From: Bacteroidota bacterium
Lineage (GTDB): Bacteria > Bacteroidota > Ignavibacteria > UBA10030 > UBA8401
Reading direction: 5' to 3'
Length of the DNA stretch: 64,000 nucleotides
Assembly (NCBI GenBank): GCA_049578505.1
Contig: JBAUMC010000084.1
Location: 14,205 to 78,204 of the forward strand
The position numbers and the translations under genes are program-made. Shown here in pieces: positions 56,107 to 64,000 of this stretch. Position 1 is the first letter of the stretch. Every line of letters begins with the position of its first letter. The notes under the pieces were generated by a model, which saw only the letters and a list, made by a program, of their open reading frames with translations, was not told the origin of the DNA and did not search any database.

Positions 56107-57507
56107 GTAACCTTCTCTTTTTTCGACACCCTCCTTATCGTCGTTTACTTCGGCGTTGTCGTTCTTATCGGCGTTCGCTCCGCGCGCAAAGAAAAAACTC
56201 AGACGGAAGAATATCTTCTTGCCAGCCGTTCGCTGACCCTGCCGGTATTTGTTGCAACTTTGGTTTCGACATGGTACGGAGGAATTCTTGGAGTCGGGGA
56301 ATATTCATACCGATATGGAATTTCCAATTGGGTAGTTTTCGGGGTGCCCTATTATTTCTTTGCCATCGTCTTCGCATTTACCCTCGCAAAAAAAGCCCGC
56401 TCAACAAACTTCGTTACCATCCCCGATAAATTGTACGATGCATACGACACGAAGACCTCGCTTCTCGGCGCGTTGCTTACGTTCGTTTTAGTATCGCCCG
56501 CCCCCTACGTGCTCATGCTCGGGATCTTGGTGCAATTGATTTTCGGGATTAGCCTCGCCGCAAGCGTTCTCATCAGTACGTTTCTCACGGTCTGTTATTT
56601 GTATGTGGGAGGATTCCGGTCGGATGTGAATACGAATATCGCCGAATTCATCTTAATGTTTGTAGGTTTTGCAATCATCCTTCCGTTTGCGTATGCAAAA
56701 TTCGGCGGGTTTGAATTCCTTCAGCGCAACCTGCCTCCGCTGCACCTGACATGGCACGGGGGCAATTCAATTCAATTCATCGTTGTCTGGTTTTTCATCG
56801 CCTTATGGACGCTGGTCGATCCTGCATTTCACCAACGCTGCTATGCTGCAAAGGATGGCGCAACGGCTCAGAAAGGAATTCTTCTCTCGACACTCTGCTG
56901 GTTTGTTTTTGATTTTTTTACAAGCACGGCCGGACTGTATGCTCGCGCAGCACTGCCGAATCTTCAGCAGCCTATGTTCTCGTATCCGATGCTGGCAGAA
57001 ATAACGTTGCCGTCGGTAGCGAAAGGAATATTTTATATCGGCATGCTCGCGACAATCATGTCGACCCTCAGCAGCCTTACGTTCATCGGAGCATCGACGA
57101 TCGGCAATGACATTGTCGGGCGGCTGCTCTCGAGTGAAAAGAAAGAAATAAGGATGGCTGCGATTACGCTCTGGACAAAAATCGGCCTCGTTGTCACGGC
57201 AGCATTTGCCGTAACGCTTGCATTATGGATTCCGTCGGCTGTGAAGCTTTGGTACGTCATCGGGACAGCGATCATCCCCGGACTTTTGGTCCCTTTGATG
57301 GCGAGCTATTTTGAGCCTCTAAAAATTCCGACACCTTTTGCTTTTGCTGCAATGCTTTTCGGATGGAGTGTTTCGACGGTGTGGCTGGTGTACGGCCAGC
57401 TTTCTGGAGGCGAATACTTCTTTTCGATTGAGCCAATGTATCCCGGATTGTGCGTAGCGGTTGGAATATGGGGGGCGGGGAAATATTTTATTTCGCGCAG
57501 CCGGTGA
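56104..57507 (+). CDS. sodium:solute symporter (SSS) family transporter, last gene of the TPP-riboswitch operon
   Basis: About 13 TM helices. The N-terminus FFDTLLIVVYFGVVVLIGVRSARK and the overall pattern are typical of the SSS family (PanF/PutP-like). Confidence 0.8.
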   Translation: MVTFSFFDTLLIVVYFGVVVLIGVRSARKEKTQTEEYLLASRSLTLPVFVATLVSTWYGGILGVGEYSYRYGISNWVVFGVPYYFFAIVFAFTLAKKARSTNFVTIPDKLYDAYDTKTSLLGALLTFVLVSPAPYVLMLGILVQLIFGISLAASVLISTFLTVCYLYVGGFRSDVNTNIAEFILMFVGFAIILPFAYAKFGGFEFLQRNLPPLHLTWHGGNSIQFIVVWFFIALWTLVDPAFHQRCYAAKDGATAQKGILLSTLCWFVFDFFTSTAGLYARAALPNLQQPMFSYPMLAEITLPSVAKGIFYIGMLATIMSTLSSLTFIGASTIGNDIVGRLLSSEKKEIRMAAITLWTKIGLVVTAAFAVTLALWIPSAVKLWYVIGTAIIPGLLVPLMASYFEPLKIPTPFAFAAMLFGWSVSTVWLVYGQLSGGEYFFSIEPMYPGLCVAVGIWGAGKYFISRSR

Positions 57508-57522
57508 TCAATGGGCGTGGCG

Positions 57523-60500
57523 TCAATGTTCAAGAATATCCGACACGCAATCGAGAATTTCCTCTATCCGGAACGGTTTGTGAATGATACTTTTCACACC
57601 GCGGCGGAGGATACCGTTTCTCGAGCTCTCTTCAAGGTAACCGGTCATAAAAACCACTTTCACTGCAGGGTTAATTTCGACGAGCTTGTTGAACACCTCC
57701 TCTCCCCCCATTAGCGGCATCCCTAAATCCGATATGACCATATCGATTTCTTCGCGGTGAAGCTGATATTTCTTTATTGCGTCAACACCGTTCGAGGCAG
57801 TAATTACATTATACTCTTTGCCTTGCAATATCTCCGTGAGCATTTCTCGCAATCCTTGTTCATCGTCGACGACCAAAATAGTTGAGACGCGACCATCACG
57901 GCTCTTCTCGTAATGGTTATCGGGGCTTCTTCTTTTTGAGGGGTCTGAAAGCGCTGCATTCACGAGGGGAAAATAAAGAGACATGGTTGTTCCTTGTCCG
58001 GCGCTGCTTACAACGTCAATCATACCGTGATGGTTTTGCACGATTCCATGGACGATCGAAAGGCCCAGGCCTGTTCCTTTGCCTCTCCCCTTGGTCGAAA
58101 AAAATGGTTCGAAGATGCGCGAGGCCGTTTCTTCGCTCATCCCAGTTCCATTATCCGATACGCTGAGAAGGACGTAGTCTTCTTTTTGAATTTGCGGGAA
58201 TTTTTTTTGCAGTTCGCCATGGGTAACAGGGCCGACGCGGAGAACAATTGTGCCGTTTACTGATTTTGATTCGATGGCGTCGCGTGAATTCAACGCAAGA
58301 TTTAAAAGCGCCTGATGAAGCTGGTCCGAGTCCCCAAGGATCACCGCGTCGCTTGTTTCGATTTCCGATTTTATCGAAATGAATTTCGGCAGTGTGTGTT
58401 CGAGCAGTTTTTGTACCTCGAGCACAACCGTCGCAATTGACATCGGTTTAAGCTTCCCTTGTTCCGAACGGGCAAAGAGTAAAAGTTGTTTGGCAATTGC
58501 CGCACCTCTTTCTGCCGCCGTGGCAACCATGTCGGCATACCGCTGCAGGTTCTTGTCGGCGCGAGTTTTCTCTTTCAATATTTCAGCAGAGGTAAGAATC
58601 ATTGAAAGGACGTTGTTAAAATCGTGCGCGATGCCGCCTGCAAGAACGCCGATCGATTCCATCTTTTGAGCGTGAAGGAGCTGGTTCTCCAGCAATTTTC
58701 TTTCGCTGATATCCCGAAAGATGCTCAGGAGCATTTTGTTGTTTGCCCCAAAAACGATGAACGAATTCGAAATTTCTACAGGGATCTCCTCTCCGTTCCA
58801 CAAGGCGATGTCGCCGATGAAGCGGGGCACGACAGTTTCAGATTCAAATTCCTGCCGGTACCCCTCGAGGCTGGCTTCTCGTTGATCAGGATGGAATGTG
58901 ACGGATAAGTATTCTCCGAGAAGCTTTTCCTGGGGGAGCTTTACAATTTTGCTGAACGCCGAATTGACTAGAACAATTCTTCCCTCTTTATTCGTCAGCC
59001 TCATGCCGTCTGCCGAGTGTTCCCACATGGCCCGGAATCGTTCCTCGTCGGCTTTTCGCTGGATTGCAGTTGCGATGTGCTGCGAGACGAACGTGAGAAT
59101 TTCTTGTTCCTTCTCGGTATAACGGATAGATTCCGTATAGCTCTGCACTACGATCGCCCCGAATACTGTCGCGCCGGATTTGAGCGGGACCCCAAGCCAA
59201 TCGATCGAAGGAGCTCCTATTGATTCCACTTCTTCCAGACGCAGCAGTTCTTCGAATACTTCGGGCGATGCCAGGAGCGGTTGTCCCGTTCGCAGCACAT
59301 ACTCTGTCAGTCCTTTTCCGGGCTTTTTGGGACTTGGTTGCAAGTCAACTTCATCGGCAAAGTACGGGAAGCTGAGCGTCCGAGTCGAAGCATCGTACAG
59401 CGCGATATAAAAATTCTTTGCAGACATCAGCTCGCTGATAATCGAGTGGACAGAAGAATAAAACTCCTGCAGGTCGACTGTGGAATGCGTTTTTTCAGCG
59501 ATACGGTAAAGTGCAGATTGCAGGGCTTCCGATCTTTTCCGTTCCTGGATATCGGTTACAGCCCCGAGTGTCCCGATTATTTTTCCTTCGATATCAAGGT
59601 ACGGCGTGGCGTTTACCTCCACCCAAAATTGTCTTCCGTCATTCCGCCTCATGAAGACTTCATACCGTTCATGCGCACCAAGAAGCCTTTCCTTGTTCCG
59701 CTTTCTCACGGTTTGCCATTTCTCTTCCGGGAGCAGCAGAGAGTATGCGGGTTTGCCGATCATTTCTTCCGCCGTATAACCGCAGAGGTCGGTCATGCGT
59801 GAGTTGATGTAGATGACTCTGTCGTCAACATCCGTAATAACCAATCCTTCCCCCAGGCTCTCAACGACTGTGCGGAAGCGTGTTTCCGATGCGCGCAAGG
59901 TTTCCTCGGCGCGCCTGCGATCGGTGATATCAAGGAGTGTACCATGGATAGCCGGCTTTCCGTTAAAGATAGTGCGGGAGCCGTACACTTCGACTTCTAT
60001 TTTTGTCCCATCTTTTTTCTGACCGACGAAAGTGTAATTGAGCGCCTCATTAGGTTCTTTAATTCTTTTGCGGATATTTTCAGTGACCGTTGCTTGCGAT
60101 TCGGGGGAGACGCACAATAAGAAAGATTTCCCAAGTAACTCGTCGCGTTTGAAACCGAAGATCTCCGCAAGACGTTCATTTACGAATTTGAGTGTACCGT
60201 CTTGAATAAGATATACCCCGACCAACGCTTTTTCTACCAGGCTCGAATAATGCTCGGATAATTCCGGAACGAGGGAACGGACGAGGCGATAATTGCCGTA
60301 TAAAAGGAGGAGCATGCCGAGCGTTAAGCCGAAATAACCTGTAACGAACCCGATTTTTGTGAACAGCTCATCGTTCCACTGCTGGGGGAGAATATTGCTG
60401 TGGAAGAGGGAGTCAAGAATGACATTGAGGTAAACGAGGGCAAAACCGACCACGATGAGACGAAACCCTTTCAACGTGTGCTTGACGATGAGTGTACGAA

Positions 60501-60567
60501 GCACGAGAAAGAATCCGATCCCTGAGAAGAGCAAAAGAAGAAATTGTATGAAGCTGATAGTTTGCAT
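57523..60567 (-). CDS. hybrid sensor histidine kinase/response regulator (TM - multiple PAS - GAF - PAS - HisKA - HATPase_c - REC)
   Basis: H-box [15 protein letters not shown]-boxes DNGTGM and GTGLGLSIV, and a C-terminal receiver ILVVDDE...[10 protein letters not shown]...K. Several PAS-like repeats and one GAF-like region. Three or four N-terminal TM helices. Confidence 0.88.
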   Translation of the reverse strand: MQTISFIQFLLLLFSGIGFFLVLRTLIVKHTLKGFRLIVVGFALVYLNVILDSLFHSNILPQQWNDELFTKIGFVTGYFGLTLGMLLLLYGNYRLVRSLVPELSEHYSSLVEKALVGVYLIQDGTLKFVNERLAEIFGFKRDELLGKSFLLCVSPESQATVTENIRKRIKEPNEALNYTFVGQKKDGTKIEVEVYGSRTIFNGKPAIHGTLLDITDRRRAEETLRASETRFRTVVESLGEGLVITDVDDRVIYINSRMTDLCGYTAEEMIGKPAYSLLLPEEKWQTVRKRNKERLLGAHERYEVFMRRNDGRQFWVEVNATPYLDIEGKIIGTLGAVTDIQERKRSEALQSALYRIAEKTHSTVDLQEFYSSVHSIISELMSAKNFYIALYDASTRTLSFPYFADEVDLQPSPKKPGKGLTEYVLRTGQPLLASPEVFEELLRLEEVESIGAPSIDWLGVPLKSGATVFGAIVVQSYTESIRYTEKEQEILTFVSQHIATAIQRKADEERFRAMWEHSADGMRLTNKEGRIVLVNSAFSKIVKLPQEKLLGEYLSVTFHPDQREASLEGYRQEFESETVVPRFIGDIALWNGEEIPVEISNSFIVFGANNKMLLSIFRDISERKLLENQLLHAQKMESIGVLAGGIAHDFNNVLSMILTSAEILKEKTRADKNLQRYADMVATAAERGAAIAKQLLLFARSEQGKLKPMSIATVVLEVQKLLEHTLPKFISIKSEIETSDAVILGDSDQLHQALLNLALNSRDAIESKSVNGTIVLRVGPVTHGELQKKFPQIQKEDYVLLSVSDNGTGMSEETASRIFEPFFSTKGRGKGTGLGLSIVHGIVQNHHGMIDVVSSAGQGTTMSLYFPLVNAALSDPSKRRSPDNHYEKSRDGRVSTILVVDDEQGLREMLTEILQGKEYNVITASNGVDAIKKYQLHREEIDMVISDLGMPLMGGEEVFNKLVEINPAVKVVFMTGYLEESSRNGILRRGVKSIIHKPFRIEEILDCVSDILEH

Positions 60568-60593
60568 TTAGTAACGAACGAACGTAGGGAATT

Positions 60594-63542
60594 CTATTCC
60601 AAGATGAGGAGATCGAAAACGTTGGAATCTGTTTCGTGAATTTTGCCGCCTCCGATCCACTCGCTCCCATTTCGTTGGACCTCACGAAACTCACCGATAC
60701 CGGCGCCGCCATGATCGTCCTGCGCACCTACGAGTATCGTCATCTTCCAGCCGGGGGTTGGCCCCCCAAGATACTCAAGCGGGAGACTAAACTCAATCGT
60801 TTTCCCTTCGACGCTGCCGATCGGGTTTCTCTCGTCCCCTGGTCGGGGTACGTACTCGCATAATGTTTTACCATTGTCATCGGATACACGAATGCCGCCG
60901 CCAACCGTGATCAACCTGTCGAATCGGTATCGATGGTTGAGCGTGAACTGAGAATTCGCGCCGACTGATGTTGAGCCTTCTTCACCCCGATGGACTGCAA
61001 TCGCAACGAACGTCAGTTGAAATCCGTACTCAGGATGCCAACCGGGGTCGACGAGGGCGCGGAAGACGAGCCTGAAGTACGCATTCGAGGAGTCATACTT
61101 GACTGTCGCGCGAACAATGTCCAGAATGCCCGGCTTGAAATTGACGTTCGCTGGATAGACGTACGTCCCGGAATCGCCTCGATCGTCTCCGGCGGGATCC
61201 TCCTTATCGAATAATGTTCTGGCGGCAGAATTCGTTTTGCGCACTCCTTCCAGCGTTAGAACTGGGTACGGTGGGGCTTGAAGTGCCGGCAGATGCTGGT
61301 TGAACATCGGTTGGGCAAGAGTGAGATCAGCGAATTCTTCTCTGGGAGAAAAATCTCTTAAATACCAAACTGTGCTGTCGCGCGATGAGGAGATTTCTTT
61401 GTCGTTGTGGCGGACGGAATACGCATCCATTGAATGAGCAATGGTAAGCGTCTCCATCGGCGCGAGCATTGTGTTGATATACGCAGCGTCTCCGCTGTGG
61501 TAGACCCATAAATAGCTCACATCATAATTTCTCGCCAGTGTGTCGGCGTTCAAAGTGACGCGGATTGAGTCTCCATTTTCCTCATATCGTGCATCGATGT
61601 GCGAATCGCCGGCGCGGAATGTGCATTCTACGTGGTGCAATTCCGTCGGAAGTTTCGGATTGATTCGGATGGCATGGGCGGTTGCATCAATGCCGATGCC
61701 GAGATAGTCCTGATAAAAGCTCCGGACGAATTCAGCCAGGCTCCACGCCTGGGAAAATGCGCCCGAAAGACGCGGCTCTGTTTCTCCGTTTCTCGTTTGT
61801 GCATCGACTACTTCGGACAACGTTCCCACACAACCCCGATAAAGGATTTGATGAACCATATTCTTGGTGATTGTGAATGAGAGATCCTCCTCGTCGTTTC
61901 TTGTTAGTGCATAGATTGCATGCCCGTTGAGCCATGTCCAGACGATGCCGTTGTGGTATGCCGCATCCGGCACGTAATGGGTTTCGTCATGATGGAAGGG
62001 ATGAAAATTCGAATCAGATTGTGAGAGGGTCCCGACGCCGTACTTGTAGATGAGATTCGACGTTACCGTTTTCACCATTGCTTCGCGAATATCCTCCGAG
62101 TTCACAATGTCCAGGCAGAAAAGCTGATTCGGCCGCAGCTCTCGTGAAGGGGAACCGTCGGCGTTTAAATGGTCATACACCAGTTTATTTTCTCTGTCGA
62201 CAAAGAATTTGTTGAAATGTTTTTCCACCGAATCTGCGAGCGATTTCCATTTTCCCGCCAAATAGTATTCAGTAAGGTAGTCGGCCTCAAAAGAGCCGAT
62301 CAAGAGCTGGTAATACCAGAGAGCTTGTACCTCGCAAGCGCGGTTTCCCCTCGGTGACCACGGCCCGTTCGGTCCCACGGCGTCCATCCACGATTCGGCA
62401 TCGCCATGGGTGAGAAAACCGAGTGAGTCGGTATGGTATTTGATCGTCCCCTCAATGGAACGTTTGACGACGGGGAAAAGCTCGCCGATGAGTGCGGTGT
62501 CGTTAGAGTATTTAATGTAATCGTACATTTGTTTGACGAACCATGGAGTCCCGTCGGCAGTATTGTACGCGATTGACGTCGGCGTCACAATATTCGGAAT
62601 ACGCCCGTAGTTTGTGCTCGAGGTATCTTTTTCCTGAAAGCGTGAGAACGAAAGCAATATCTCTCTCGCGTCTTTGAAGTTCCCAGTTACAAACGTTGCA
62701 CCCGGGAGTGAGATGAAAGAATCACGCCCCCAATAGTTGTTGAACCAGGGCAATCCGGCGAAAATGCCTTTTACAGGAATACCGGATTGCGATTGGTTCA
62801 TGATAAGGGCGTCGAGCGATAATTTCGCCCACATGAGTGCCATGTCGAGCTCTTCGTCGTTGGTTTTGAAATACGACGCGCGAAGAAGTTTCTCCATTCG
62901 TTCTTTGCGCGATGCTATCAATTCCTCCGCGCTCTTTGCGATGTCTATGCTTAAATGCCGAACCTCGCTTGAAGAAGAAGCGGCAGCGATGATGAACAGG
63001 ACTCTAGATGAATTGCGTCTTGAGCTTACCTCAATCCATGTCGGTACAGATTTTTCTACAGACACAGTTTTCATTTTCCAGAGCGCAGCCGATGGAATAG
63101 AGTTCTTTTCTTCTTCAAATCTTTCGGCGACTTGAAGGGTCATCGTCGGTTCGAGCTTTTTCGTTCCGCCGAACACGAATTCGACGACTATTGCATTGAG
63201 GCTGTCCAGAAAGGTGAAGCGTTCTTCAGTTTTATCGGGATATCTCCGCACAAGCTGATGGGGAAAAACGGTTGTTGAAGCGGTTGTCCGGTCTATCGCC
63301 GTGCCGTTTATGTCGAGGGTATAATCGTTTAAAATCTTTTGCGCGTTGACGAACCAGCCATGCCATCCCCCCGAGTTTTGCGCATTTACTTCACCGTAAT
63401 ATGTCCCCGCTTGTTTATTGGTGTAAGCAAACTGACGCGATGTTCCCTCGACCTTGATTCCGAGCCGGTCGATAAGCGGCGTAGCGGCGCAGAGCGGATA
63501 AGTTAACGCAAGCAAAAAAATCGGGAGCAATAGGTATTTCAT
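60594..63542 (-). CDS. secreted glycoside hydrolase, amylo-alpha-1,6-glucosidase (glycogen-debranching GDE_C type) with a glucodextranase-like C-terminal domain
   Basis: Signal peptide MKYLLLPIFLLALTYPLCA. (alpha/alpha)6-barrel motifs NNYWGRDSFISLPG, EVQALWY and GTLSEVVD. The C-terminal DPAGDDRGDSGTYVYPANVNFKPGILDI resembles the glucodextranase C-terminal module. Confidence 0.75.
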   Translation of the reverse strand: MKYLLLPIFLLALTYPLCAATPLIDRLGIKVEGTSRQFAYTNKQAGTYYGEVNAQNSGGWHGWFVNAQKILNDYTLDINGTAIDRTTASTTVFPHQLVRRYPDKTEERFTFLDSLNAIVVEFVFGGTKKLEPTMTLQVAERFEEEKNSIPSAALWKMKTVSVEKSVPTWIEVSSRRNSSRVLFIIAAASSSSEVRHLSIDIAKSAEELIASRKERMEKLLRASYFKTNDEELDMALMWAKLSLDALIMNQSQSGIPVKGIFAGLPWFNNYWGRDSFISLPGATFVTGNFKDAREILLSFSRFQEKDTSSTNYGRIPNIVTPTSIAYNTADGTPWFVKQMYDYIKYSNDTALIGELFPVVKRSIEGTIKYHTDSLGFLTHGDAESWMDAVGPNGPWSPRGNRACEVQALWYYQLLIGSFEADYLTEYYLAGKWKSLADSVEKHFNKFFVDRENKLVYDHLNADGSPSRELRPNQLFCLDIVNSEDIREAMVKTVTSNLIYKYGVGTLSQSDSNFHPFHHDETHYVPDAAYHNGIVWTWLNGHAIYALTRNDEEDLSFTITKNMVHQILYRGCVGTLSEVVDAQTRNGETEPRLSGAFSQAWSLAEFVRSFYQDYLGIGIDATAHAIRINPKLPTELHHVECTFRAGDSHIDARYEENGDSIRVTLNADTLARNYDVSYLWVYHSGDAAYINTMLAPMETLTIAHSMDAYSVRHNDKEISSSRDSTVWYLRDFSPREEFADLTLAQPMFNQHLPALQAPPYPVLTLEGVRKTNSAARTLFDKEDPAGDDRGDSGTYVYPANVNFKPGILDIVRATVKYDSSNAYFRLVFRALVDPGWHPEYGFQLTFVAIAVHRGEEGSTSVGANSQFTLNHRYRFDRLITVGGGIRVSDDNGKTLCEYVPRPGDERNPIGSVEGKTIEFSLPLEYLGGPTPGWKMTILVGAQDDHGGAGIGEFREVQRNGSEWIGGGKIHETDSNVFDLLILE

Positions 63543-63558
63543 CCATTGACCTTAAGAA

Positions 63559-64000
63559 TTATCTCGTGTCTTTTGTAGTTTTCGTGAAAAAATGATTTCT
63601 TATCTCGTTTGATAAAAATGCTTCGGCATTTTTCATTGCTTCCGCAGTCGGCACTCCGTCCGGCGATATTTGAGAAACTGTTGCAAGTCCGAGTTGCCGC
63701 TGCAGGATTGTTTTGTTCCCAAGAATTTTTCCGGCATAGGCATGTACCGGTTTACCGAACCTTTTAGCCCGGCGAGCGATACCATCGATTCCCTTGCCTT
63801 GAAGCGTTTGAGAGTCGAGCGTTCCCTCGGCCGTGATAACACAATCGCATTGTTGAAGGAGGGTATCGAACCGAATCATATCGAGGACATAATCAATTCC
63901 GGAAACGATTTTAGCATTACAGAATGCCATCAATCCGGCCCCGAGCCCGCCGGCCGCACCGCTTCCCGGAAAATGCGAAACGTCCCGGTGCAAATGTCCT
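63559..64000 (-). CDS. glycerate kinase, C-terminal part (gene continues beyond the window end)
   Basis: GSGAAGGLGAGLMAF, DCVITAEGTLDSQTLQGKG and the C-terminal pattern are typical of the GlxK/GarK family. The reading frame is open to base 64000. Confidence 0.8.
   Translation of the reverse strand, partial: GHLHRDVSHFPGSGAAGGLGAGLMAFCNAKIVSGIDYVLDMIRFDTLLQQCDCVITAEGTLDSQTLQGKGIDGIARRAKRFGKPVHAYAGKILGNKTILQRQLGLATVSQISPDGVPTAEAMKNAEAFLSNEIRNHFFTKTTKDTR

Overview
64-kb chromosomal window from a Gram-negative bacterium. The gene content points to an FCB-group organism (Ignavibacteria/Bacteroidota-like): a TPP-riboswitch-controlled TonB-dependent receptor, an archaeal-type Ogg, a DUF2723 protein, paaABCD and many starts without a Shine-Dalgarno sequence. 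That placement is inference only; nothing was searched against a database. The window is mostly housekeeping or core metabolism, read here from motifs in the supplied translations.

Gene content in order:
- 2 tRNAs (Glu-UUC, His-GUG), a PAP2/AUR1-like lipid phosphotransferase and rsmA, and a NarL-type response regulator.
- An Aas-like AMP ligase.
- A glycolipid/LPS block: GT2, GT9, GT4, methyltransferase, M48 protease, plsC, gatC, kdsB.
- pyrG, a beta-CASP MBL nuclease, mdh and rplU-rpmA.
- A c-type cytochrome pair, and a dGTPase-like gene with an unknown partner.
- amtB, a DUF2723 protein and glnE.
- A phenylacetyl-CoA block: EthD, three crotonases, paaABCD, paaH.
- An amidase-yajQ-saccharopine dehydrogenase-ogg-mutY-mutT string.
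- A TPP-riboswitch thiamine-salvage operon.
- A large hybrid histidine kinase, a debranching-type glycosidase and a partial glycerate kinase.

No rRNA, CRISPR array or prophage was seen.

The accessory and unusual content is:
1. At least 12 tracts of phased 7-nt tandem units that fill intergenic spacers. They resemble the STRR repeats of cyanobacteria.
2. A 2479-bp IS1-family element with perfect 20-bp inverted repeats, an 8-bp target duplication and three passenger ORFs. It sits exactly at the end of a MITE.
3. Five copies of a MITE family whose termini resemble the IS ends.
4. A RAYT (REP-associated tyrosine transposase) with three REP-like hairpins, one of them inside its own ORF.

All coordinates were derived by hand from the printed sequence. 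Start codons are often ambiguous and are flagged where so.
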